A stretch of 64,000 bases of DNA. Source: Alphaproteobacteria bacterium (GTDB lineage: Bacteria; Pseudomonadota; Alphaproteobacteria; RF32; CAG-239). The stretch covers positions 1,251 to 65,250 of the forward strand of contig JAFTYO010000052.1 in the NCBI GenBank assembly GCA_017464685.1, written 5' to 3'. Both the position numbers and the translations under genes were made by a program. Below the pieces are notes generated by a model that worked only from the letters and a program-made list of their open reading frames with translations, had not been told where the DNA came from and did no database searches. Positions within the stretch are counted from its first letter, which is position 1; the number at the start of each line of letters is the position of its first letter. Below, piece after piece: positions 30,652 to 39,324 of this stretch.

Positions 30652-31427
30652 TGGTTATTTTTTTCCGATTTTTTCTTTGTACGAACAACTTTTTTAGTTT
30701 TAGTTATTGAGGTTTTTTCCGTTTGTTCAACTTTCAAATCTTTCTTGATAATTTCATCAATTACGCTCATTACAAAACTTAAAATCAATAAAAAAGATAT
30801 GAGCAAAAACGAAGTAAAAAACACCCAAGAATATTCAAAAACAGACATAACAGGTCTTGCAATGGCAGAGGCCCAGCCGTCCAAAGTAAACACTTGCATC
30901 AAAGAAAACACAGCTGATGACAAAGTTGAAAACTCGATAAACACATTACCGTATAAACTGGTTGAAATGATGGCAAAAACATACAAAAACACAGCAAACA
31001 CCAAGCTGAAAGCAACAAAGTTGGGTAAAAGAGTGCTGAAAATGTTAATAATGCGTTTTAGTTTTGAAAACTTATTGATATATTTTAACAAGCGGAACAA
31101 TCTGAATGTTCTGAGCACAATAAAATAACTGGCAAACGAAAAAGACGAAACGGTAATAACCGTAAAGTCAAAGACATTCCATTTTGATTTAAAAAACCCG
31201 ATTGAATAAACATAAAGTTTTAAGAGCATTTCAACAATAAAAATTGCCATACACAAACGGTCTAAGGTGAATAACACATTAACAAAACCATTGCTTAAAT
31301 GTTCCGAGGTCATCAAACCGAATATAACCGCATCTAGGCAAATAAGCATCATAATGAACATATCAAAACTTTTGTTTTCAACCAAATGTTTAACTTTTTC
31401 ACGATTTTGTTCCAAATATTTATTCAT
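30639..31427 (-). CDS. Voltage-gated cation channel of the bacterial NaChBac/BacNav family (single 6-TM repeat)
   Basis: 262 aa. S4-like segment RTFRLFRLLKYINKFSKLKR has a positive charge at every third position. The pore region is MQVFTLDGWASAIARPV (compare NaChBac TLESWAS). Confidence 0.75.
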   Translation of the reverse strand: MNKYLEQNREKVKHLVENKSFDMFIMMLICLDAVIFGLMTSEHLSNGFVNVLFTLDRLCMAIFIVEMLLKLYVYSIGFFKSKWNVFDFTVITVSSFSFASYFIVLRTFRLFRLLKYINKFSKLKRIINIFSTLLPNFVAFSLVFAVFLYVFAIISTSLYGNVFIEFSTLSSAVFSLMQVFTLDGWASAIARPVMSVFEYSWVFFTSFLLISFLLILSFVMSVIDEIIKKDLKVEQTEKTSITKTKKVVRTKKKSEKNNQKAS

Positions 31428-31472
31428 GTTTTTTTCCTTACAAATATGTCGTTATTTTTTTTACATAATAAA

Positions 31473-32171
31473 CTAAATGTAAAAAAATACAAGAATTATT
31501 GCCGATATTACAATTGCGGGTCCGAATGCGCCGGCTCTTTGCCTTTTTATAATCGAAAAAACGGCAAAAACCGCACTTGAAAGCAAAATCAAATACGGAA
31601 CTGATTCTAAGCCTAACCAAGCGCCTAAAGCGGCAAGAAGTTTTATGTCGCCACCACCAAAACAATCGGGATATTTTTTAATTAAGAACATTGAGGCAAT
31701 AACAGGCAGAAAATATCCGGCAATAGCGCCCAGAGCACTTAATTGCATCGGGGATAAAAGTATATCAGCGGAGTTTTGATATGCAAAAGAACTCCATGCG
31801 AATCCACCGATTAAAAGAGGTATGGTTAAAATGTCCGGCAACAAAAACATTCTTTCATCAATTTCATACAACAAGAGCAAAATTAAGACCAAAAACATCA
31901 ACCAAGGTCTATATATCGGCAAAAAGCACAGAAACACTCCTGTACACAAAGCTGATGCCACAATTGCCCAACCGATTGAACGCATAACATATTTTTTGAT
32001 TAATTTTTGATATTTTGTGTTAGTTTTCTTTTTATTTTTGCTAACTGTTTTAACCGGTTTTATCAGTCGGTATATGGCATAGGCAAAAGTTGCCGGCATA
32101 AATTTTGCAAAACGACGCGCCACATATGGTATTAAAAGCCCGAAAATAAAACCGAATATAGTGTAAAACAT
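31473..32171 (-). CDS. Prepilin peptidase (A24 aspartic peptidase family)
   Basis: Motifs YEIDERMFLLPD and FGGGDIKLLAALGAWLG carry the two catalytic Asp residues. The start was moved to ATG 32171 (AGGAGG 8 nt upstream). Confidence 0.85.
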   Translation of the reverse strand: MFYTIFGFIFGLLIPYVARRFAKFMPATFAYAIYRLIKPVKTVSKNKKKTNTKYQKLIKKYVMRSIGWAIVASALCTGVFLCFLPIYRPWLMFLVLILLLLYEIDERMFLLPDILTIPLLIGGFAWSSFAYQNSADILLSPMQLSALGAIAGYFLPVIASMFLIKKYPDCFGGGDIKLLAALGAWLGLESVPYLILLSSAVFAVFSIIKRQRAGAFGPAIVISAIILVFFYI

Positions 32172-32326
32172 TTGTTTGCCTCCTTGCTTAAAGAAATATT
32201 TTACGCATAAAAAGTTAAAAATCACTTGAAATATAAAAAATAAAGTTGTATGAATGCGTTACCTTGTAAAACACCCCTGGAGGTTTTGTAAGGTAATTTG
32301 ATTTAATTTATAGTAAGGAAAATAAA

Positions 32327-32617
32327 ATGTCAGATATTACATTTAAAGCTTTAAAGCGTGAGAAAGCAGGTAAGGGGGCAGCTCGTGCATGTCGTCGTGA
32401 GGGTCGTGTTCCTGCCGTTATTTATGGTGGTAAAAAAGATCCGGTTTTGGTTAGTCTTGATCCGGTTGAATTAGAAAAAGCCTTAAACTTGGCTGATTTC
32501 TACCAATCTGAAATTGTGGTTGATGTTGAAGGCAAAGCTACAAAAGTTTTCTGCCAAGATGTTCAATTCCATCCTGTTTCAGATATGCCTATTCACGTTG
32601 ACTTTTTACGCAAATAA
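32327..32617 (+). CDS. rplY: 50S ribosomal protein L25 (short form)
   Basis: 96 aa. Motif KGAARACRREGRVPAVIYGG. Confidence 0.85.
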   Translation: MSDITFKALKREKAGKGAARACRREGRVPAVIYGGKKDPVLVSLDPVELEKALNLADFYQSEIVVDVEGKATKVFCQDVQFHPVSDMPIHVDFLRK

Positions 32618-32627
32618 GAGGCAACAG

Positions 32628-33200
32628 ATGTTTTTAGTGGTAGGTTTGGGAAACCCCGGTTCAGAGTATGCCAATACCCGCCACAATGTAGGTTTTATGG
32701 CGGCTGATGCAATATACAGCCGCTATAACTTTGAAAGTTTTAAGAATAAGTTTGACGGTGAAGTTTCGATGGGGCAGATTGCAGGTGAAAAAGTTTTACT
32801 CTTAAAACCGCATACTTATATGAATTTATCCGGTAATTCTGTTGTAAAGGCCGCGCTGTTTTATAAAATATTACCGGAAAACATCATTGTTATTCACGAT
32901 GATATGGATTTAAAAATCGGACAATTAAAAGCCAAAATCGGCGGTGGGTCAGGCGGACATAACGGCTTAAAAAGTATTGATTCGCATATCACACCTAACT
33001 ACAATCGAATCCGTATCGGTGTGGGTCATCCTCAAAACAAGGGTGCAGATGTGGTTAATTATGTTTTAGGCTCCTTTGCAAAGGAAGATAAAAAAGTCTT
33101 GGAAAACAGTTTGGAAATTGTTACTGAGGCTGTGGAAGTTTTAATTAAAAATGATGTTGCCGCTTGTTCAAACTTTTTAGGTATGGCAACGAAAAAATGA
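32628..33200 (+). CDS. pth: Peptidyl-tRNA hydrolase
   Basis: Motifs MFLVVGLGNPGSEYANTRHNVGF and GGHNGLKSI. The start is at ATG 32628 (AAGAGG upstream); the track's longer ORF overlaps rplY. Confidence 0.95.
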   Translation: MFLVVGLGNPGSEYANTRHNVGFMAADAIYSRYNFESFKNKFDGEVSMGQIAGEKVLLLKPHTYMNLSGNSVVKAALFYKILPENIIVIHDDMDLKIGQLKAKIGGGSGGHNGLKSIDSHITPNYNRIRIGVGHPQNKGADVVNYVLGSFAKEDKKVLENSLEIVTEAVEVLIKNDVAACSNFLGMATKK

Positions 33201-33216
33201 AATAAGAGAGGTTTTT

Positions 33217-34329
33217 ATGGGTTTTAACTGTGGTATTGTCGGTCTTCCCAATGTCGGAAAATCAACACTTTTTAATGCGCTGACTCAAACAATTGCGGCT
33301 CAGGCGGCCAATTTTCCGTTTTGTACCATTGAGCCGAATACGGGAAGAGTTGCAGTTCCTGATTATCGTTTGGATAAATTGGCAGAACTTGTTAACCCCA
33401 AAAACATTGTCCCTACGCAACTTGAATTTGTTGATATTGCAGGTTTGGTAAAAGGTGCTTCAAGAGGTGAAGGACTTGGCAATCAGTTTTTGGCCAATAT
33501 CAGAGAAACTGATGCCATTGTTCATGTGTTGCGTTGTTTTGAAGATGAAAATATCACCCATGTTGAGGGCTCGGTTGACCCTATAAGAGATGCCGAAATT
33601 GTGGAAACCGAACTGATGATTGCTGATTTGGAAAGTTTGGAAAAACGCTATGAACAGGTAAAGAAAAAAGCTCAAACCGGCGGTGATAAAGAAGCAAAAT
33701 TGTGTGCTGAGGTTATGGGGCCGATTATTGAAGCATTAAGAGCCGGAAAACCGGCCAGAACAGCCGCTCCTGATATGAGCCAAAGAGATGCTTATAAACA
33801 GTATAAAATGTTGCAGCTTTTGACCTCAAAACCGGTTTTGTATGTGTGTAATGTTGATGAAAATTCGGCGGCCGAGGGGAATGAATTTTCCAAAAAAGTT
33901 TTTGAAAAGGCAAAAAATGAAAATGCAAGTGCAGTAATAATTTCGGCTGAGATTGAATCGGAAGTTGCCCAGCTTGACAGCCAAGAAGAAAAAAATGAGT
34001 TTTTGGAAAGCTTGGGATTAAAAGAGACCGGATTGGCAAAAATTATTCGTGCCGGATATGAACTTTTGGGCTTACAAACATATTTTACGGCTGGTCCGAA
34101 AGAGGTTAGAGCTTGGACATTTTTAAAAGGCGCAAAAGCTCCGCAATGCGCCGGTATTATTCATACCGATTTTGAAAGAGGCTTTATCAGAGCTGAAACA
34201 ATCTCGTATGACGATTATGTAAAATTAGGCGGTGAGCAAGCTTGTAAAGAGGCCGGAAAAATCCGCTCCGAAGGTAAAGAATATGTTGTTCAAGACGGCG
34301 ATGTAATGAACTTTTTGTTTAATGTATAA
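33217..34329 (+). CDS. ychF: Redox-regulated ATPase YchF (Obg-like GTPase family)
   Basis: Motifs GIVGLPNVGKSTLFNAL and FVDIAGLVKGAS, plus a C-terminal TGS-like domain (RAWTFLKGAKAPQCAGIIHTDFERGFIRAE). Confidence 0.95.
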   Translation: MGFNCGIVGLPNVGKSTLFNALTQTIAAQAANFPFCTIEPNTGRVAVPDYRLDKLAELVNPKNIVPTQLEFVDIAGLVKGASRGEGLGNQFLANIRETDAIVHVLRCFEDENITHVEGSVDPIRDAEIVETELMIADLESLEKRYEQVKKKAQTGGDKEAKLCAEVMGPIIEALRAGKPARTAAPDMSQRDAYKQYKMLQLLTSKPVLYVCNVDENSAAEGNEFSKKVFEKAKNENASAVIISAEIESEVAQLDSQEEKNEFLESLGLKETGLAKIIRAGYELLGLQTYFTAGPKEVRAWTFLKGAKAPQCAGIIHTDFERGFIRAETISYDDYVKLGGEQACKEAGKIRSEGKEYVVQDGDVMNFLFNV

Positions 34330-34330
34330 A

Positions 34331-34529
34331 CAAAAACACCCAACCTGAGTTGGGTGTAAAAAGTTTTTTAAGCCATCTGACCGTTTATTACATTTCATAT
34401 CGAACCGCTTGGACAAGGTGGGTGCCATATAATCAGACCACGATCTGAACAGTGACAGCTCCCGATAATATAAACGTTGGCTCGGATAGACCATGCGGAA
34501 TAATACGTATCAGACAGCCTGCCTTTTAT
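34331..34529 (-). ncRNA. Candidate small non-coding RNA, possibly 6S RNA (ssrS)-like
   Basis: Lies between the convergent genes ychF and rplQ. A minus-strand promoter TTGATT(34564-34559)-17 nt-TACTAT(34541-34536) is present. The terminator ACACCCAAC-N4-GTTGGGTGT (34336-34357) has its U-run on the minus strand. A long closing stem pairs GCUGUCUGA..CGU.UUAUU with AAUAA.ACG.UCAGAUGGC. Internal motifs GAGCC.A...UUU.AUA and CACCUUG..CCAAG.GGUUC.A resemble E. coli 6S RNA as I remember it. Confidence 0.4.
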
Positions 34530-34723
34530 GCTTAAATAGTATCAAAAAATTTAAAAAAAATCAAGTTTTTTATCTTATTAACTAAAAAATAAATAACTTG
34601 ATTTTTTAATTTTTTTATTTAAAATGATGCCTGTTGTAATTCCAAGATAATATATTGAGATGCAAAAAAAACGAATCGCTTGAGCGACTCGTTTTTTATT
34701 TTTGCTAAAATTTTGCTTATAAA

Positions 34724-35167
34724 TTACTCAGCAGAATTATTTTCAGTTTCAGCTGCGGCAGCTTTTTCAGCAGCAACACGGGCTAAGTCTTTAGCACCTT
34801 TTGCATTTACATCACGGTCAACCAATTCAATGATTGCCATAGGAGCACAGTCACCATAACGGAAACCGGCTTTCAATACACGAGTATAACCGCCGTTACG
34901 CTCTTTGTAACGTTCTGCCAAAGTAGAGAAAAGTTTAGAAACAACTTCTTTATCTCTTAAAAATGACAAAGCTAATCTGCGACTGTTTAAGTCACCTTTT
35001 TTAGCATAAGAAATCATATTATCGGCAAAAGTTCTCAATTCTTTAGCACGAGGCAATGTAATGTTGATTTGTTCGTGTGTTAATAAAGCATTTGTTAAGT
35101 TAGCAAACAAAGCTCTGCGCTGGCTTTTCGGCATATTAAACTTTTTATGTTTATCACCATGTCTCAT
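34724..35167 (-). CDS. rplQ: 50S ribosomal protein L17
   Basis: Motif MRHGDKHKKFNMPKSQRRALFANL. A terminator (AAAAAACGAGTCGCTCAAGCGATTCGTTTTTT on the minus strand) follows at about 34667-34698. Confidence 0.95.
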   Translation of the reverse strand: MRHGDKHKKFNMPKSQRRALFANLTNALLTHEQINITLPRAKELRTFADNMISYAKKGDLNSRRLALSFLRDKEVVSKLFSTLAERYKERNGGYTRVLKAGFRYGDCAPMAIIELVDRDVNAKGAKDLARVAAEKAAAAETENNSAE

Positions 35168-35389
35168 TTTAATTTTCCTTTCTTTTCTCTAGTGCTTTGA
35201 AACTCAAAGCGTATAAATCCAATAACCTTTACCACGGATTCTTTTATCAAGCTCATGCATAAAGATTTTTTATTCAAGACGGCTTTTAGCATATAAAATT
35301 ATTAATTGCAAGAACTTATTTAAATTTCTTGATAAAGCCGTAGTGTCAAAAAAAACCTTTTCATATTCTGAAAAGGGTTTTGTTTTTTA

Positions 35390-35638
35390 CTATTCATTAA
35401 AATCTTCAAATTTTATCACAAATTTTTTATTAAAAACAAATCCGAGTTGGCTTAAAAAATTTGTATCAAAATAGCCTTTACCTACTTTTATATGCCATAC
35501 TCTACGAGGTTTGATTGCCATTATTCGGGCAAATTCTTCTTCGGTGATATTTTTTTCTTGCAATAATTTTTCTATTTCCAAAGAAAATAGTTTTAAAGAT
35601 TTATTTTTTACATTTTTTACGGTTAAACTTTGATTCAT
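35390..35638 (-). CDS. Small putative HTH DNA-binding protein (82 aa)
   Basis: The internal ATG 35638 has an AGGAG RBS. The segment LQEKNITEEEFARIMAIKPRRVWHIKVGK looks like a helix-turn-helix. An intrinsic terminator follows at about 35350-35388. Confidence 0.5.
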   Translation of the reverse strand: MNQSLTVKNVKNKSLKLFSLEIEKLLQEKNITEEEFARIMAIKPRRVWHIKVGKGYFDTNFLSQLGFVFNKKFVIKFEDFNE

Positions 35639-35824
35639 TTTAGACTCCTGTTTTATTTTGGTTACAAAAAACCGCCTTGAAAAAATCCAAAGCGGAGGAG
35701 CCGAAAAACTGTCTATCACAGTCAGGTTTATTCGCGCTATTGCCTTATTTCACCCACTCCCCCAAAAAGGAGTTTAATTGATAGATGATGTCTTGTGGAC
35801 ACCGCCGTCATTTGACGACAGTGT
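35639..35824 (-). promoter_or_regulatory. Structured 5' leader with an intrinsic terminator immediately upstream of the HTH gene (attenuator- or riboswitch-like)
   Basis: Putative promoter TTGATT(35855-35850)-17-TAATAT(35832-35827). A 5' hairpin at 35799-35824 is fully paired only on the minus strand (two G-U pairs). The terminator is CCGCUUUG-N8-CAAGGCGG plus U6 (35666-35695), only 28 nt before the ATG. A 16-bp palindrome ATCGTTATATAACGAT (35880-35895) lies just upstream of the -35. Confidence 0.4.
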
Positions 35825-36059
35825 TTATATTATAAAAAAGTCTAATAAAAATCAAGATGTTTTGTTATTCATATTCATTATCGTTATATAACGATGTTAG
35901 CACTTTACTTTTGCTTTCGGTTATACTACTTTCACTTATGTCGGATTTTTTTATTTCCGCAACAGTATCTTTTAATCCTTGAATATTTTTCAACATACTG
36001 TTTCTTTTTTCTTGTTTATTTAATTCTTTCTCTTGCCTTAAATTTGCAAGTATATTTAA

Positions 36060-36893
36060 TTACAATCTAACCCTATTAATCGTAATTTGTTCATCAATAT
36101 AAATATCAAGTGCAAAAACATCTTCTGTTAAATGCTCATTTCCTACGGTTGCAGATATTGTTTCCCCTATTTTTTGCATAAAATCCCCTGAATTAACTAC
36201 ACTATCGTGAATATGTCCGTGCAATGTCAAAAGCGGTTTTTTGCTTTCTATAATTTTGCGAACAGCTCGACTTCCGATATGTCTTAATTTTCCTGCTTTA
36301 TCTTTTGTTAAATCACAAACGGTTTCAAAAGGTGGAGCATGAGTAATTAATATTAGTTTATTTGATGGAATATCTTTACATAATTTATCCAAATCATCTT
36401 CAATGCTGGATTTTAAATAATTTTGCAATATGTCATAAGATTTATCAAAATCAATTTTTCCGACAGTTAAAACATCTTCTCTTAAATCTTTTTCGGTGTC
36501 GGATGTAAGGTCTCTTTTTTCCCAATCTTTCCAAATAAAGGGAGTATGAGGAACATATGAGTATCCGATAAAACAGTATTCGTTGAAATAATACGGGGTA
36601 TCAATTATTTTATAATTACACATTGTTTCGTTTTCTTTTAAGAAATTTAAATTAGTGCAATAGTCATCATTACCTAAAATCAACAATGTTTTAGCATTAC
36701 TCGTTTTTGTTAATGGGAAAAGTATATTTTGAAAAAAATCTTTTTGTGAAGTGGGATTTCTTTTTTCTTTATCTTTTGGTGATAAATCACCACCCAAAAC
36801 AAGCAATTCAATATGTTGCTCTTTTACATACTGAAAGACTTTGTTATATTGAAACTCATTTCCGTGTAAATCAGCGGTAAATAAAAATCTCAT
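36060..36893 (-). CDS. Metallophosphoesterase (calcineurin-like)
   Basis: Motifs FTADLHGN, LVLGGDLSP, ILGNDDY, ITHAPP and LHGHIHD. Confidence 0.8.
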   Translation of the reverse strand: MRFLFTADLHGNEFQYNKVFQYVKEQHIELLVLGGDLSPKDKEKRNPTSQKDFFQNILFPLTKTSNAKTLLILGNDDYCTNLNFLKENETMCNYKIIDTPYYFNEYCFIGYSYVPHTPFIWKDWEKRDLTSDTEKDLREDVLTVGKIDFDKSYDILQNYLKSSIEDDLDKLCKDIPSNKLILITHAPPFETVCDLTKDKAGKLRHIGSRAVRKIIESKKPLLTLHGHIHDSVVNSGDFMQKIGETISATVGNEHLTEDVFALDIYIDEQITINRVRL

Positions 36894-37037
36894 AAATTCT
36901 CACTTAAAACAAATTATAACAGTATTTATATTATATAACCTTAAAAATAAATCAAGTGATTTTTGATATACGATTCCATAATCAACTTGCATATGATTTG
37001 ATTTTATGATAAAATCATAATCATAGTGGAGAAGTTT

Positions 37038-38222
37038 ATGGCAAATTCAAATCAGGATATAATCGGAAAATATGTTGAGCAGATACAAAACAATGTTCAA
37101 CAAGCCATTTCTTTGCAAAAAACTTTTTCAGAAACTGCCAAAATTGATGAAAATGGCGATTGGATATTTACTGCCCGACAGTCAAATGATGTTATATCTG
37201 AGGATATATCAATTCGTATCAGTAAAGATAAAATTTCTTTATTTGCCCCTGAAGATGAACTTAAAAACAAATCTGCTGAAATGGCTCATATAACTGTGAT
37301 AGAACAAGCTCAAAAATATAAAACTTCTTCAAAAACCCCATTTGAATATTATAAAAGCCTAAATGATGAGGATAGGCAACAAATTGATGAAGCGGCTGAT
37401 TTATATAGCAAGAATACGCCTGACCTACAATTTGAAGCAACCAAACAACTTTTACTTTCTAATGCTGTAATGCCCAGAATTGTTAATCGGGCTTTACAAC
37501 AATCTGCCACCACAGCCAAGCAAAAAGAATTATTAGCAAATTCTCAGATTAATAGCAAATCAGATAACGGATATTGTACAAAATCTTTATTTATTCCTTT
37601 GTATGAATTTTGTGACCGATATGGCGGTTTTGATTGGTTACCTAAAGATGCCGAAACAGCTTCTCACCCACAAACAATGATTAATCATATCAAAGAATAT
37701 AACAAAGATATGGTAAGTGATGTGGTAAACCTTAATTCGCAAATTGTAAATTATGACCCCAGAGCAATTGTTTTAGTTGACCAAGGAAAATCACATATGC
37801 ATGCCATGATGTATAACGGTATAAACCAAACTACATCAAAACCGCAATATATCGGGTTTAATTCTAATGATTTAAATAGAGGTCTTAGCGATAAAAGAGT
37901 TGGTGTTATAATTGATTTACCTAAATTGATACAAAATGATGATAAAATTAATGCCGGAAAGCAAAATCAATCAAATTTATCTACACATGAGGATACGCAA
38001 CAACAAATCAATATAGCGGAAAAGACCTCAATTCCATCGGAAAAATTATCAAGAGGGGAAAAAGCTGAATATGTTAATTTGCAAATCAATCGTGTTCGTA
38101 AAAAATTGCAAGAAAGAAATAAAACAACAACTATTGATGATAAACCTCATAAAACACTTCCGCAAAATATAGATAAAAATATTTTAAAATTATATCAAGA
38201 TAGTAGAGCTAAAAGATTTTAG
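37038..38222 (+). CDS. Hypothetical protein (394 aa)
   Basis: ATG 37038 has GGAGAA 5 nt upstream (the track starts at GTG 37026). No signal peptide. See findings for a weak Cys/His hydrolase idea. Confidence 0.55.
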   Translation: MANSNQDIIGKYVEQIQNNVQQAISLQKTFSETAKIDENGDWIFTARQSNDVISEDISIRISKDKISLFAPEDELKNKSAEMAHITVIEQAQKYKTSSKTPFEYYKSLNDEDRQQIDEAADLYSKNTPDLQFEATKQLLLSNAVMPRIVNRALQQSATTAKQKELLANSQINSKSDNGYCTKSLFIPLYEFCDRYGGFDWLPKDAETASHPQTMINHIKEYNKDMVSDVVNLNSQIVNYDPRAIVLVDQGKSHMHAMMYNGINQTTSKPQYIGFNSNDLNRGLSDKRVGVIIDLPKLIQNDDKINAGKQNQSNLSTHEDTQQQINIAEKTSIPSEKLSRGEKAEYVNLQINRVRKKLQERNKTTTIDDKPHKTLPQNIDKNILKLYQDSRAKRF

Positions 38223-38632
38223 TTGTTTGTCTTTTTAACACTCTTATAGGTAGCCCATAACAGAGCACAGAACAACAAACCCAAATGTACAAAAGAAAAA
38301 TATTCAAGATAGAGAGGTATGTTTGAAGCATATTCTTCATTATTATACATAGCATTGGCGGATTTATACCCATATATTACCCCCGGAACAAAGGTAAATA
38401 TGAGGTTGATATATTCTACCATACCAAAAGCCAACAGATAATTGCTTGTTTTAGGAAATTTTGTTTGCAGTTTTTCTATAAATACAAACTTCTTTTTAAT
38501 GCATAAGGCAATCAACAAAACGATAAATAAGAAAAACAAAACCATAGATAGCGTTTCAAAAAAAGAAACAAGCAGGGAAGTAATAAAATAAACACCTCCA
38601 AACATCAAAATTTGCTGTAAAAAAGACTTCAT
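38219..38632 (-). CDS. Small 4-TM membrane protein, paralogue of 38667-39053
   Basis: 137 aa, MKSFLQQILMFGGVYFITSLL... It shares its N-terminus and RBS context (CAGGAGGTAATTTAATG) with the upstream paralogue. Confidence 0.6.
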   Translation of the reverse strand: MKSFLQQILMFGGVYFITSLLVSFFETLSMVLFFLFIVLLIALCIKKKFVFIEKLQTKFPKTSNYLLAFGMVEYINLIFTFVPGVIYGYKSANAMYNNEEYASNIPLYLEYFSFVHLGLLFCALLWATYKSVKKTNN

Positions 38633-38666
38633 TAAATTACCTCCTGCTGTTTTTAAAAATTAATCA

Positions 38667-39053
38667 TTATTTTCGCTTTACTGTTCGAACTAAAATTATC
38701 AATAAAGAGATAAACACAGATACAATAAAACCAAAAGAAATCGCCCCATCAATTAAAGCCATATAGTCAGAAATATCAGATAGTAGCGGAATAACGATTA
38801 TATTTAATAAGAAGGAAATTAAAACATACCCACCCATAACATTTAGCAACAAAGTTAAGTTAGGGTATTTAATTTGAAAATTTGTTACTCGTGACAATTT
38901 ACTCATTATACATAACAAAACGATTATTATCAGAAAAATGGGAAATATAACAGCACAAATTTGCTGAAGAATATAACTAATCATACTCAAAACTGAGGAG
39001 ATAATAAAAAATCCTCCACATAATGTCAAAATTTGCAACATTTTAGATTTCAT
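38667..39053 (-). CDS. Small 4-TM membrane protein, paralogue of 38219-38632
   Basis: 128 aa, MKSKMLQILTLCGGFFIISSVL... This is a tandem duplicate with an identical RBS region. Confidence 0.6.
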   Translation of the reverse strand: MKSKMLQILTLCGGFFIISSVLSMISYILQQICAVIFPIFLIIIVLLCIMSKLSRVTNFQIKYPNLTLLLNVMGGYVLISFLLNIIVIPLLSDISDYMALIDGAISFGFIVSVFISLLIILVRTVKRK

Positions 39054-39075
39054 TAAATTACCTCCTGTTGTAGAA

Positions 39076-39324
39076 TTATATTTTATTATCTTTTATCATA
39101 TCAGAAGTTATACAACCGTGTTCTTTATCCCACTTGGCACAATCATGACGACAAATTTTTTGTTCATCATCCCAAACCCCATGTTCTTCACTTATACAAT
39201 ATCCGGCATCATCAAATACCAAATATAGAAAATAAGCAGTAACACCAAAGCCAATAAAAGCAAAAATATTCCAAAAGACAAGAAATATTTTCCAAATGAT
39301 TTTCTTAAAATTAATATTTATCAT
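39076..39324 (-). CDS. Small membrane-anchored Cys-containing protein (82 aa)
   Basis: N-terminus MININFKKIIWKIFLVFWNIFAFIGFGV (TM), then a 4-Cys domain. It overlaps the SAA-like gene stop by 14 nt. The N-terminus resembles that of 39882-40145 (MINFKKI...). Confidence 0.55.
   Translation of the reverse strand: MININFKKIIWKIFLVFWNIFAFIGFGVTAYFLYLVFDDAGYCISEEHGVWDDEQKICRHDCAKWDKEHGCITSDMIKDNKI

Noticed and set aside
34331-34720. tmRNA, SRP RNA or RNase P RNA as the identity of the ychF-rplQ intergenic RNA
   Set aside because: There is no GGAAGCAGC-type SRP motif and no tRNA-like acceptor/CCA end or tag ORF for tmRNA. It is far too short and lacks the P4 motifs of RNase P. A 6S-like RNA remains the best guess.
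35865-35996. 43-aa minus-strand ORF (MLKNIQGLKDTVAEIKKSDISESSITESKSKVLTSLYNDNEYE) between the phosphoesterase and the HTH leader
   Set aside because: It has no convincing RBS, low-complexity composition, and overlaps the 16-bp palindrome. It is kept only as a remote possibility.
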